From the IMG/VR virus record IMGVR_UViG_3300025018_000100: a stretch of 64,000 bases of DNA; one strand, 5' to 3'. Source of the DNA: a virus. How positions within the stretch are numbered: position 1 is the first letter of the stretch; the number at the start of each line of letters is the position of its first letter. Below are positions 16,496 through 25,957 of this stretch, one piece after another. The notes beneath the pieces are model-generated. The model was not told the origin of the DNA, made no database searches, and worked only from the letters and a program-made list of their open reading frames with translations. Both the position numbers and the translations under genes were made by a program.

Positions 16496-16996
16496 TTAAA
16501 ACTTTCTTGATTTTTGTAACTTATACATTATATCAATATTATTTAAACATTCTGCTGCATCTTCAAGAGAATCTAATATAAGCATGTCATACATATCAGC
16601 TATAAATAATACATTAGTACGTTTAGCGTAACCCTCTGGACATACTACTATATTTCTTTCACCTCTTGAGGCAAATAAACCTAACTCAAGTAAACTAATA
16701 GGACTAACACTATTAGAGGTAAAATAATATAACCTATAAGTAGCGTTAAGTTGTTGATTAATTTCCCAAGATATTTGTTCTTTTAATTCTTCACTACCCT
16801 CTCCCCAATTAGAATCCCAATAACCTCTTCTTGGGTTATATACATCAAAAGAATTTTCTGAATCTAATAAACTAATAAAATAGGTTTGCCAATCAAGGGA
16901 TTTACCCATATCAATAGTACCCCCTAAGAATACACTTAAGGGACTTGGATTGTTAATAAATTGTAGTGGTTTAATTACGTTTACCATTTTATTCAT
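16496..16996 (-). CDS. Nucleoside 2-deoxyribosyltransferase-like protein
   Basis: VFLGGTI..G...WQ, NPRR, QI.WE, SPISLLELGL. Confidence 0.85.
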   Translation of the reverse strand: MNKMVNVIKPLQFINNPSPLSVFLGGTIDMGKSLDWQTYFISLLDSENSFDVYNPRRGYWDSNWGEGSEELKEQISWEINQQLNATYRLYYFTSNSVSPISLLELGLFASRGERNIVVCPEGYAKRTNVLFIADMYDMLILDSLEDAAECLNNIDIMYKLQKSRKF

Positions 16997-17480
16997 GCCT
17001 TATTACTAAAGTATCGATTAAAAAATCTCTACAAGCATTGTAGATACCTTTATTTTTTTCTTCTCTATTTCCAGCCACATTCAATACCTTAACATTATTA
17101 TCGATAATAAATTTCCTGAAGGCTTCAATAGAATATAGAGTTACAGGAGTATTAGCATCCCAATAGTGATGATAAGATGGTTTATGATGCTGTTTACAAA
17201 AACTTCTAGTAAGTTTACTACCCCCGCTATTTTTTCCGAATATAAGAGTAGCGTCTGAATTTAATACATTAAGTTCTGTTCTAGGAACGTAACTGGTATT
17301 ATAATCTTCTACAACCCCATATTTTTCAGCGTACTCAGGTTTATTACCATTTTCAGTTCTATAACCTTTAGGCATAGTACCGCCAGTTTTTAAATTAAGA
17401 TATAAACCGACATCTAATCCTGATAAATCAGCACCACTTTGACCACCACTAATAATTTTCTCAACGATTAAGATTTCCAT
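16989..17480 (-). CDS. SLOG-superfamily 'putative molybdenum carrier' protein
   Basis: KIISGGQSGAD..GLD, GG..PKG, RT.LNV..SDATL, LNVAGNRE. Confidence 0.85.
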   Translation of the reverse strand: MEILIVEKIISGGQSGADLSGLDVGLYLNLKTGGTMPKGYRTENGNKPEYAEKYGVVEDYNTSYVPRTELNVLNSDATLIFGKNSGGSKLTRSFCKQHHKPSYHHYWDANTPVTLYSIEAFRKFIIDNNVKVLNVAGNREEKNKGIYNACRDFLIDTLVIRHE

Positions 17481-17635
17481 TTTACTACTTTTCCACATTT
17501 TTTACAGTATATAATGTTTCGAACTTCTATAGGTAACTCTCTATTACTACGACTATATACCTTAGTCATAGTAGGTTCGCTATAATCATGAGTACAATCT
17601 AAAGTAAGAATATATTGTATAATTTTTCTAAGCAT
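17468..17635 (-). CDS. Small CxH/CxxC zinc-binding protein (55 aa)
   Basis: MLRKII...CTHDY...YCKKCGKV; ATG overlaps upstream stop; not in ORF track. Confidence 0.65.
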   Translation of the reverse strand: MLRKIIQYILTLDCTHDYSEPTMTKVYSRSNRELPIEVRNIIYCKKCGKVVKWKS

Positions 17636-18009
17636 TAATTATCTAGAGGAACTTCTGCTAAATTCCTCTCTCTATCTAGATATTTATATTCTATTTTTAC
17701 GGGATCAAAATTATATAAAGCATCAAAGATAATACTAGTTTTTAACGGCCCGCAAGTATACACATCAAGTTGTAATAGACCTGGATTGACTTCATCCCAA
17801 ACATGCATAACAATGTGACTTGTTTCAATAATAGCGGCTACAGTAAGACCTTTATTACCTGGCATATCTACGTATGCGCTATGCGGTCCAATTAGTACTT
17901 TCATTCCTATATCATTGATTAATTCTAACAACCATTGTTCCGCCCAAGTAGGGTCTCTTGGTGGTTGAAGCACTTCTGCTCTTACTATTAAGTGTTTATG
18001 AACTAACAT
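17635..18009 (-). CDS. speD: S-adenosylmethionine decarboxylase proenzyme
   Basis: HKHLI, GLT...IETSHI..H.W, QLDVYTC. Confidence 0.88.
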   Translation of the reverse strand: MLVHKHLIVRAEVLQPPRDPTWAEQWLLELINDIGMKVLIGPHSAYVDMPGNKGLTVAAIIETSHIVMHVWDEVNPGLLQLDVYTCGPLKTSIIFDALYNFDPVKIEYKYLDRERNLAEVPLDN

Positions 18010-18011
18010 AT

Positions 18012-18221
18012 TTATTCTTTTGCCTTAAATAATACATAATTACAATGACGCCACCAGAACGCAATAGGTCCTAGTAACATAACTACTGATAACATCTTTA
18101 AATCTCTTACATGGATATTACGTTTATCAACTTTAGTAACTTTATTAACATAAAGATAGTTAGTTAAGAACCCCATAAAAAACCAAAAAAGAATAATACA
18201 AAATAAAGTAAATTCAAACAT
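18012..18221 (-). CDS. Small two-TM membrane protein
   Basis: Two hydrophobic stretches. Confidence 0.65.
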   Translation of the reverse strand: MFEFTLFCIILFWFFMGFLTNYLYVNKVTKVDKRNIHVRDLKMLSVVMLLGPIAFWWRHCNYVLFKAKE

Positions 18222-18430
18222 TACTCTGTTTCTTCCTTATTTAGTTCTTTAAAGATAAAAAATAAGATACCAAGAGGTCCTGCGATCATAAATAAAATAA
18301 CTATTGCTACAGTTATATAGCTATTAATTCCTAATGCTAGCGTATTTTCTATCTCTTTAATATCTTCTTTTGTTAATACTAACTTTGCGTAAATTGCAGT
18401 TAAAATTCCGTATAAAAACCATGATAACAT
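18221..18430 (-). CDS. Small two-TM membrane protein
   Basis: Two hydrophobic stretches; GP motif like its neighbour. Confidence 0.65.
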   Translation of the reverse strand: MLSWFLYGILTAIYAKLVLTKEDIKEIENTLALGINSYITVAIVILFMIAGPLGILFFIFKELNKEETE

Positions 18431-18443
18431 TGTTAAACTCCGT

Positions 18444-18578
18444 TTAAGTTTTTTCTAGTGACCCTAGGTAGCCGCCTAAAATAATAATTAATAAATTCCA
18501 TACTCCTAGAGGAAATATGAATAACATTATACTAGAACAAATAATACCAACAAGTATTCCTAGTAACATATTATTCAT
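18444..18578 (-). CDS. Small hydrophobic protein (44 aa)
   Basis: MNNMLLGILVGYY...ILGGYLGSLEKT; fills the gap between co-oriented genes. Confidence 0.55.
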   Translation of the reverse strand: MNNMLLGILVGIICSSIMLFIFPLGVWNLLIIILGGYLGSLEKT

Positions 18579-18579
18579 T

Positions 18580-18981
18580 CTAAAATCTCACCCAATCTTC
18601 TCTGTTTTTATCTGCGTAAAAATAGTCTGTTGCAATTTCGAGATCGCGAATCTTCGCTGCTGAACTTCGTTCAGATGTCATAGCCATAATAAAATCATGC
18701 ATATAAACAAACCAGGGGTTTAAAGTTCTACTGTGTGCATCATTATCGCTTAAATTCTTAGCAAAATTAGGGCATAGTTCCCACCTATCTTTATCAAAAT
18801 TCTGATTATAGCTGGGATGACGGTAAAAAAATCTATCAAAAGTATTAAATTTAGTATCATTTAATACTGTTTCTAGAATACTAATTTTATCTTCATCATT
18901 TTTGTCAGTTCTAAGAACACTCCTAATATTCTTAGAGATATTTCTAAACACATTCTTACTATTATTTTTTAACAGACTCAT
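18580..18981 (-). CDS. Hypothetical protein with own promoter
   Basis: AGAGG RBS; TTGACT-N17-TACTAT at 19039-19067. Confidence 0.75.
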   Translation of the reverse strand: MSLLKNNSKNVFRNISKNIRSVLRTDKNDEDKISILETVLNDTKFNTFDRFFYRHPSYNQNFDKDRWELCPNFAKNLSDNDAHSRTLNPWFVYMHDFIMAMTSERSSAAKIRDLEIATDYFYADKNREDWVRF

Positions 18982-18992
18982 ATTTTTCCTCT

Positions 18993-19026
18993 TTAGCGCA
19001 ACGTTTATTTCGTTAGCGCATACGTT
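18993..19026. repeat. Direct repeat TTAGCGCA(T)ACGTT x2, 20-bp period
   Basis: Copies at 18993-19005 and 19013-19026, between promoter and RBS. Confidence 0.6.
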
Positions 19027-19133
19027 AACAACATTAATATAGTATCATAAAAATTTGTAAAAGTCAATACAAAAATTTATGCAACCGATTTTACTAGTAA
19101 TTTTTTATTATTTTACTCTTCAAAATAAGCATT

Positions 19134-19159
19134 TAGGGGTAGACAAATGCCTACCCCTA
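19134..19159. terminator. Hairpin, probable terminator
   Basis: TAGGGGTAG..CTACCCCTA. Confidence 0.7.
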
Positions 19160-19164
19160 TTATC

Positions 19165-19398
19165 TTAACTTGCGATAACCTTTAAATCTAAGTCAGAAAG
19201 ACCTTTCTTTCCTCGATTACGACGGTTTAACTCTCGACGACAAGCACTAACTAAACTACGTGCTAGATTACAATCCTCTTCTACATTTCCATATTCAAGA
19301 TGATATTCTTGAATAGCTTTAGCTCCCTCAAAACGTACTAAATCTTTTTGAATTTGCTCTGTAGAAAGTGTATGAATATTCTTAATATAAGGTTCCAT
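19165..19398 (-). CDS. Hypothetical protein
   Basis: ATG ORF with RBS. Confidence 0.65.
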   Translation of the reverse strand: MEPYIKNIHTLSTEQIQKDLVRFEGAKAIQEYHLEYGNVEEDCNLARSLVSACRRELNRRNRGKKGLSDLDLKVIAS

Positions 19399-19447
19399 TA
19401 ATTTTTACCTGTGTTTATTGTTTACGATAAGTTTATTATATTACTAA

Positions 19448-19672
19448 TTATAAGCTACTGTCAACTTCTTTTTTTAATTCTAGTTCCTTTTCCTTAATTT
19501 GATTTTCTAGATAATCTGCTACAAATCTTAGAATTTCTATTGAGGTTTTACTAGTTATATCTATTTTAGCAACGGGAGTCATATAAAACTCTTTTTCATT
19601 TTTACTAGCAAAAACATCAAATGATTCTATCCCCGAAGCAATTGTAGTTCTTCGTAAAATATAATTAGACAT
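19448..19672 (-). CDS. Hypothetical protein
   Basis: ATG ORF coupled to upstream gene. Confidence 0.65.
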   Translation of the reverse strand: MSNYILRRTTIASGIESFDVFASKNEKEFYMTPVAKIDITSKTSIEILRFVADYLENQIKEKELELKKEVDSSL

Positions 19673-20030
19673 ATTTCATCCAATCATTAGGACTAATAAT
19701 AGTTTCATCTATTAATTCTAGTCTACGAGGATTTCCTTTCATTACTAGTACTTTTTCTTTCTTTTCTTTTACGTATTCATATACACCCCAGAAAAGACCA
19801 ACATCACAGTAACGCATGCTCTCGATATTAGCTACAGTATCATTCATTTGTTTAGCATGTTTATTCCAAAACTTAGCTTGGACTTCACTAGTAATTCTAA
19901 CTTGTGCTGATTCCATCCATTCGAATGCTAAATGAGGATACCATCTAACTACATTAGATGCTGTTGATATTTGTTCTTGAATGCTATTAAATTGGAATTT
20001 AATAGTTTTAAAGTATCTCTTTTGTTTCAT
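19665..20030 (-). CDS. Hypothetical protein
   Basis: ATG ORF with RBS. Confidence 0.7.
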   Translation of the reverse strand: MKQKRYFKTIKFQFNSIQEQISTASNVVRWYPHLAFEWMESAQVRITSEVQAKFWNKHAKQMNDTVANIESMRYCDVGLFWGVYEYVKEKKEKVLVMKGNPRRLELIDETIISPNDWMKYV

Positions 20031-20220
20031 TTTGTCTATTTTTTACCTCTATGCTTTTATTGTATACGCTTAATATCAAATATGCTGCGTGAAATTCTAA
20101 TCCTTGATCTTTTAAATTTTGTACGTCATTCATTAAATTTTTTGCTTCTGGATAGCCCTGTTTTGCTAAAGCTTCAAATGTTCTACGCGCTTCTGGGTAC
20201 TTAGTAAATTCAACTGTCAT
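20008..20220 (-). CDS. Hypothetical protein, first gene of leftward unit
   Basis: AAGGAG RBS before ATG 20220. Confidence 0.7.
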   Translation of the reverse strand: MTVEFTKYPEARRTFEALAKQGYPEAKNLMNDVQNLKDQGLEFHAAYLILSVYNKSIEVKNRQNETKEIL

Positions 20221-20250
20221 TATAACTCCTTTATCTTGAGACACAATTAT

Positions 20251-20348
20251 ATTATAGCTCAAAAATGACTATCGAGCAATAAAAAAGTGTAGCAAGCGAC
20301 AGTTGCAGTCAAAAAATTCTTGCTTATTTTTTATACATATGGTATATT
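20251..20348. promoter_or_regulatory. Divergent promoter pair at the strand switch
   Basis: Minus: TTGCTC-N17-TATAAT (20279-20251). Plus: TTGCTT-N17-TATATT (20320-20348). Confidence 0.8.
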
Positions 20349-20355
20349 AATAATT

Positions 20356-20568
20356 ATGTATGTAACCGAATCACAACTAAGAGCCGAAATTAGAGAATTA
20401 CACGCCACCATTAAAGCTTTAGCAAAAGATCATGGTGCTGAATTTTTACAACTCTATACAGAACTTGAAAGCTATAAAGAGCAATTTGAAACACAACAGG
20501 ATGTTATGAACCAAATTATAAAATCTATAAATATTATAGAGAAAAAATTAGATATGGAGCAAGAATAA
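20356..20568 (+). CDS. Coiled-coil hypothetical protein, probably leaderless
   Basis: ATG 7 nt after the -10 box; no SD. Confidence 0.7.
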   Translation: MYVTESQLRAEIRELHATIKALAKDHGAEFLQLYTELESYKEQFETQQDVMNQIIKSINIIEKKLDMEQE

Positions 20569-20569
20569 A

Positions 20570-20830
20570 ATGACCGAACGTAGAGTTGTTGGTATATATA
20601 GAAATGATTATTTGAAGAATTATGTGTCTTTAGAGCTTAAAAAAATTGAAGATAAAGGTATTAATACAGAATTTGTAGAAGCTGATGATACCTTTTACGA
20701 CGAACGTTTCGGAATTACACGATTTCCGGTGTTTTTATTTATGAAAGATGACTCCTTAGTTTGTAAGATAAACGGCAAATATATGGACGATACTTTGATT
20801 AAGCAATTAGAGTCCTTAAAGTGGATTTAA
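20570..20830 (+). CDS. Thioredoxin-fold protein lacking CxxC
   Basis: FVEAD, RFGITRFPVFLF.KD..V.K.NG (cis-Pro loop region). Confidence 0.6.
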   Translation: MTERRVVGIYRNDYLKNYVSLELKKIEDKGINTEFVEADDTFYDERFGITRFPVFLFMKDDSLVCKINGKYMDDTLIKQLESLKWI

Positions 20831-20919
20831 TTGCTTTGCACCAGTATTAAATCTAAAAATACCATCCAAAAAGTGGGTCCGGATTTGAGGATTTACTATC
20901 TAAAATGAAGTCTAGTTAA

Positions 20920-21972
20920 ATGAAGAGTGATATGAAAAGTTTTGAACAAAGTTATTTATATGATGATACGCGTAAGTATTTTACCTATACACAATTAATT
21001 AATCACTATAAGGGCGGTGAATTAAAATTAGAGGCTGATAATAATATATTGAATAACTATGATTGGACTGTAGAGCCAGAACAAGGAATTATTCAATTAA
21101 GTGATGATAGAATCAAAAGATTAAGAAAAAGCTGTGAGTATATACGTCTATTCTATTCAGGTGGTAGTGATAGTAGTATGATACTCAAGCTTTTTTTATT
21201 TAATGGTATTATTCCTGATGAAATTATATTATATAGACAAAGTCCTATAGATGATTTTAAAAATAGTTATTACAATCAAGATTTAAATAAAGAAGCTATT
21301 CCACAGCTTAGAAGAATACAACAGGATTATATTAATACTAATATTAAAGTATTAGATATAGGTGCTGCTGAAAGTGCTAGATTTTTTGATAGCAAAGTTT
21401 ATATGGAAGATGATTTTAACTGGACTTTCAACTGGAGAGCTATGTGTCTATTAGACCCTAGTATACTTTTTAAAGATTATATAAAACCTAAAAATAAAGT
21501 AACCAATATAATAGGGTTAGAAAAACCTAAACTACAGAGACAAAATGGTTCTTGGTACGCTAGAATTAATCATTGGGAGACTATCGCTACACCGCATACT
21601 AATTTCTTTACTAGTAGTAAAACGATTCCTCTTATGATAAAACAAGCTCACGCAGCTAAAAACTATTTACAATTTAAATATCCTGATAATTCAGTAGATG
21701 AATACGATTTTACTGATGTTAATCCTAAGTATCGAAAATATATGATTGAAACTACAAGAATGAATTACTTAAATGCTTATGAATTAGATAAAGGCAGAAA
21801 TGCAGGCCATAGAAAAAGTAAAAAGACAGAATCTTTTATGGCTGATGCTAAAGAAAATGTAGAATTATATAATAAGTATAAGGAAATGATGGAATATTTT
21901 TTTAGTAATCCATTAGCTATTAATAGTAATCTAGGAATTAAAAGTGCTAATAGCGAATACCGAATTGGATAA
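20920..21972 (+). CDS. PP-loop (adenine nucleotide alpha hydrolase) protein
   Basis: IRLFYSGGSDS, G.EKP. Confidence 0.7.
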   Translation: MKSDMKSFEQSYLYDDTRKYFTYTQLINHYKGGELKLEADNNILNNYDWTVEPEQGIIQLSDDRIKRLRKSCEYIRLFYSGGSDSSMILKLFLFNGIIPDEIILYRQSPIDDFKNSYYNQDLNKEAIPQLRRIQQDYINTNIKVLDIGAAESARFFDSKVYMEDDFNWTFNWRAMCLLDPSILFKDYIKPKNKVTNIIGLEKPKLQRQNGSWYARINHWETIATPHTNFFTSSKTIPLMIKQAHAAKNYLQFKYPDNSVDEYDFTDVNPKYRKYMIETTRMNYLNAYELDKGRNAGHRKSKKTESFMADAKENVELYNKYKEMMEYFFSNPLAINSNLGIKSANSEYRIG

Positions 21973-22016
21973 TAATGAAAAATTATTCTCTTTCGTATAG
22001 GATTTAATGTTAAAAA

Positions 22017-23522
22017 ATGCAATTTGTAGCAACTAAAAGTTTGGATTATATAAGAAATTATGAATCTATGAATTTACTTAAATATAATGGACTATATATT
22101 TATTATGATCATAGTTTCGAAAAATACGAAGATAGTAAAAAAATAATATTATTAAGTGGGGTTATATTTAATAAAGATATTAACGAAGTTACAACCGATT
22201 TTAATGATTTAGAGTTCGGACCTATACTAATATATATAGATAAAATATCTGATGATATATATTTCTTAAATGATAAGTTTAAGGTTGTTACTATTATATA
22301 TGATGTTGTTAGGTCCGTAATTACCAATAATTGGATGTTTTTAAACAGCAATACATATTATTTTAATGGTGATAGCGTAAATTCTATTTTATACAATCCT
22401 AGGCTACACGCTATAAAATATAATAAAATGATTGTGTCTCCTGTTAAAGTATATTCTTTTGATATTACGCACAATAATGATATCGATTATGACTCTCATA
22501 CTAATTTAATTGAAGAAACAATACAAAATAATATTGATAAAATCCTAAAAAGATATAAAAAACCACTTTTTATGTGTTCTCCTAGAGGTGTAGATAGTAA
22601 TCTTATTGCTCAATGTATAGAAAAAAATAGAACAAAAGTTCAAACTTATACTAGGTGGGGTAATAAATTAGATTATAAATATCTATCTTTCTACCAAAAT
22701 ATAACCGACTCTCCTACAATTAAGTATATAAACGATTATACTCCTGAAATAAATTCTAATAAGAATTGGAGTTTAAACGGTAGACATGCATGGCATTATT
22801 TTCTTGATGATTTTCCGGACAATTTAGATTATGACTGTATACTATTAGGAACTAATGGTGATAATGCTTTACCGCATACAGCAGAAATGGCTTTTAGTGT
22901 TGATTACTATGATGATAAAGAGAAGAGATTAGTAGAAGTATTAAAAAAATTAGATATATCTAAAGGTTTAACACCTTTTCATTCTAGAATAATTAGTGAG
23001 TGGGCTAAAAAATATAGAGATAAATATTTTTTTAATGATAAAGGTATTTTAGGGTTTGTAGGTTATTTACAGAAAAAATTTAATCTAATTGATTGTATGT
23101 TTTTTATAGAAAATATAGGATATATACAAGAGTTAGGTTTACAAAAAAATAAACCTATTATAACTCCTTTTTACGATACTAGGTTATATCAAATATTGCT
23201 CAAAACTAAAAAAGAACATCTTAACTACATATTAAATAGTGAAATATTAACTCGTAATGTATTAAAAGAAAGATTTGATTTAGTTGATGAGCATAGAAAT
23301 CAAACAGAAGGATTATTTGAAACAGATATATATTATATTTCAAATGACTTTAAAGATAAATTGTTTCAAGTTTATGTAGAAATGTCTGACATATCTAGTA
23401 AAAGAACTAAAGAAAAATTGGTTGGTTTATACCATAATATTGCTGATAGAGATAGTTTTGAACTATTATTGAAGCATAATTTCAAAGTAGAATATGAAAA
23501 AAATAGCATTCGTACCTCATAA
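22017..23522 (+). CDS. Asparagine-synthase-like protein (degenerate)
   Basis: S..GVDS, LLGTNGD, TPFYD. Confidence 0.55.
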   Translation: MQFVATKSLDYIRNYESMNLLKYNGLYIYYDHSFEKYEDSKKIILLSGVIFNKDINEVTTDFNDLEFGPILIYIDKISDDIYFLNDKFKVVTIIYDVVRSVITNNWMFLNSNTYYFNGDSVNSILYNPRLHAIKYNKMIVSPVKVYSFDITHNNDIDYDSHTNLIEETIQNNIDKILKRYKKPLFMCSPRGVDSNLIAQCIEKNRTKVQTYTRWGNKLDYKYLSFYQNITDSPTIKYINDYTPEINSNKNWSLNGRHAWHYFLDDFPDNLDYDCILLGTNGDNALPHTAEMAFSVDYYDDKEKRLVEVLKKLDISKGLTPFHSRIISEWAKKYRDKYFFNDKGILGFVGYLQKKFNLIDCMFFIENIGYIQELGLQKNKPIITPFYDTRLYQILLKTKKEHLNYILNSEILTRNVLKERFDLVDEHRNQTEGLFETDIYYISNDFKDKLFQVYVEMSDISSKRTKEKLVGLYHNIADRDSFELLLKHNFKVEYEKNSIRTS

Positions 23523-24606
23523 AGAAAGAATAAGTAGACATAAATTAGAGTATTTAAAAGCTATCTCTAAGGCTATGGACGATCCTTATCAAAGTGAAGA
23601 TGGAAGAGAACCTAATGATTTAGAATTAGAACTTGCTGAGAAGTGTTCTCATTTGACTACCAATAAGCATTTTCTTTTTACAGATAGTTGTACGCAAGCT
23701 CTTCAAGTTGCTATTTATGCACTATCTAAGCCCAATGATTTAATACTTGTTCCAGCGTATGGTTGGAGAGCTTTTGCAAATAGTGTACTATTTATGGGTA
23801 GAAGAATAGAGTTTATAGATATTGATGTGTCTGGTAATATATCAACTAACTTATTAATTGAAAGACTAAAAAACCAGTCTAAAGAAAAACCTCGTATTGC
23901 TATCATAGTTCATAATTTTGGAGCTATTACAGAGACACAAGAAATTTCTAAAATAGCAAGAGAGCAAAATGTAAGTATAGTAGAAGATGCTGCTCCGGCT
24001 TTCTTTATGCAAGATCCAATAATTTCATCAAAGCCAGGAACTTATAGTGATTTTGTTTGTTATAGTTTTGATTTTACTAAATACCCTGGCACTCTTGGTA
24101 GCGGGGGGGCTATTGCTACTAATAATAAAGATTTACATTTATTAGCTAAAGAGATAATAAGTCATGGTAGGGATAGTATAACTAAATCTATAAAATCTGT
24201 AGGAACTAAGTGTTATATGGATAATATTAGTAAGGCTGTCCTTAGCACTGAAATTGATATACATATTAAAGAAGGTTATAGAGAAAAAAGAAGAAACGTA
24301 GCCGAGTGGTATAAGAAAAATTTAGACTTAAAGCATATTCCAGGAGATAACCAAATTTGGGAAAGATATACTGTTTATGTTCCTAATTGCGTACAGATTA
24401 ATAATATGCTTTATAATTTAAATAAAGAAGGGATTTTAGCTAAAACATTTTTTAAAGAACCCCTAAATAAATTATTTAAGTCAGATCAAATATGTTGTAT
24501 GACGACTAGGTTTGTAAATTATACGTTTCATTTACCTAGTCATCAATATCTTGATATAAGTGATTTAGAAAAGATAAGAAGTACATTAAAAGGAAATATA
24601 AGTTGA
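23494..24606 (+). CDS. DegT/DnrJ/EryC1 PLP sugar aminotransferase
   Basis: SCTQAL, VH.FG, VEDAA, SFD.TK..G..G.GGAI. Confidence 0.9.
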   Translation: MKKIAFVPHKERISRHKLEYLKAISKAMDDPYQSEDGREPNDLELELAEKCSHLTTNKHFLFTDSCTQALQVAIYALSKPNDLILVPAYGWRAFANSVLFMGRRIEFIDIDVSGNISTNLLIERLKNQSKEKPRIAIIVHNFGAITETQEISKIAREQNVSIVEDAAPAFFMQDPIISSKPGTYSDFVCYSFDFTKYPGTLGSGGAIATNNKDLHLLAKEIISHGRDSITKSIKSVGTKCYMDNISKAVLSTEIDIHIKEGYREKRRNVAEWYKKNLDLKHIPGDNQIWERYTVYVPNCVQINNMLYNLNKEGILAKTFFKEPLNKLFKSDQICCMTTRFVNYTFHLPSHQYLDISDLEKIRSTLKGNIS

Positions 24607-25553
24607 TTTTAGTTACCGGTGGGAGAGGTTTTATTGGTAGTTATGTAGTAGAATTATTACGTAATATGCAAAAAACCGTAATAGTATTAGATAATTATAG
24701 CACTACGTATCCTGGATTTTGCAAAATACATAGAGGAAATTTAGGATTAGATGAAATAAACGATGTTGAAAGGAAACATAGAGGTAATGCTTTTATGTAC
24801 AGAAAAAGTTTTTTCTCTGATAGTACTGTAGTAAAAAGTACTAGTTTTGAGTTAGAAACTTGGGAACACGAAAAACCAGAATTAATTATTAATTGTGGAA
24901 ATTTAAGTGAGGCTGTTCTATCACAATATTATAATAAGTTAACATTTGATAGTATGGTTAAAGGAATGAAATGGCTTAAAAAAGAATTTCCAGGAGTGCC
25001 AATTATACATTTTAGTAGTAGTATGGTATATGGTACTTGGAATAATAATATAAAAGAAACAGATGATTGTAATCCAGTAGATTGGTATGGTACATGTAAA
25101 TTAATGACCGAAACCTTATTGGATTATAAAAAAGATGTTATATTGAGACCAATACATGTATTTGGTTACGGTGATGGTAAATTTCCTATCACTATGAATA
25201 TAGAAAGACAAGTATTAACAAAGAAACCTGTAAATATAGAAACTGCTGGATGTATTTATATACATGATCTAATAATGTTAATTAGAAAAATTATAAATTC
25301 CTATAAGCCAGGTATATACAATGTTAGTAGTGGTTATATAAGAGATGGGGAAATCGTTAAACAATATGCTAAAAGTATCTTAGGTTATGATATTAAAATT
25401 CATAATAAATTAGGACCAACAGGTAAAGAAAGAGGGGACCTTAATACTGATAATATTAAGAAGACTTTTGACTGGCAGCCTAATTTTAGAACCTATGAGA
25501 AAGCAATAGAACACTATTTTAGAGAGTATTATGAGAATAACAGTAAGAAATAA
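24603..25553 (+). CDS. NAD-dependent epimerase/dehydratase
   Basis: ILVTGGRGFIG, SSSMVYG, YGTCK. Confidence 0.9.
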   Translation: MILVTGGRGFIGSYVVELLRNMQKTVIVLDNYSTTYPGFCKIHRGNLGLDEINDVERKHRGNAFMYRKSFFSDSTVVKSTSFELETWEHEKPELIINCGNLSEAVLSQYYNKLTFDSMVKGMKWLKKEFPGVPIIHFSSSMVYGTWNNNIKETDDCNPVDWYGTCKLMTETLLDYKKDVILRPIHVFGYGDGKFPITMNIERQVLTKKPVNIETAGCIYIHDLIMLIRKIINSYKPGIYNVSSGYIRDGEIVKQYAKSILGYDIKIHNKLGPTGKERGDLNTDNIKKTFDWQPNFRTYEKAIEHYFREYYENNSKK

Positions 25554-25806
25554 TAATGCGTTAAAAGCTTATAAAGTATTAAAGAAGAAACTTGAGAGAG
25601 ATGGGTTTTTTAATGAACTTAAAGAACGTCAATTCTATATACCTAAAGGAGAAAAAAGAAGAAGAGCACTAAACTCTGCAGTGTATAGACATAAAAAAGA
25701 ACAAGTTAAACGAGAGTTAGAGTTCGAAGCTGCAGAAGTTAATGCTTTGATTGATAGCAAGAAGAGAGCACGTAAATTTAAACAAGAGCGTAAAGCAAAA
25801 AAGTAA
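25531..25806 (+). CDS. rpsU: Ribosomal protein bS21 homolog
   Basis: ITVRNNN..KA..VLKKKLERDG.F.ELK.RQFY...GEKRRR. Confidence 0.88.
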   Translation: MRITVRNNNALKAYKVLKKKLERDGFFNELKERQFYIPKGEKRRRALNSAVYRHKKEQVKRELEFEAAEVNALIDSKKRARKFKQERKAKK

Positions 25807-25823
25807 AAAATTTAATTTTACTC

Positions 25824-25855
25824 TTGCTAATCTTCCAAAAATAAGTTATTATAAT
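25824..25855 (+). promoter_or_regulatory. Promoter for tRNA-like RNA and tmRNA
   Basis: TTGCTA-N17-TATTAT(AAT). Confidence 0.75.
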
Positions 25856-25866
25856 ATATAAATAAA

Positions 25867-25949
25867 GAATATGTTCACCGTTGATCACGGTCGCTTGGAG
25901 CTAGTAGTGGATGCGCAGCTATGAGAGGTTCAATTCCTCGAACATATTC
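25867..25949 (+). ncRNA. tRNA-like structured RNA
   Basis: 10-bp closing stem GAATATGTTC/GAACATATTC, hairpin ACCGT-TGATC-ACGGT, AGCT..AGCT hairpin, T-arm GAGG-TTCAATT-CCTC; no canonical anticodon arm or CCA. Confidence 0.6.
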
Positions 25950-25957
25950 GGACATAT

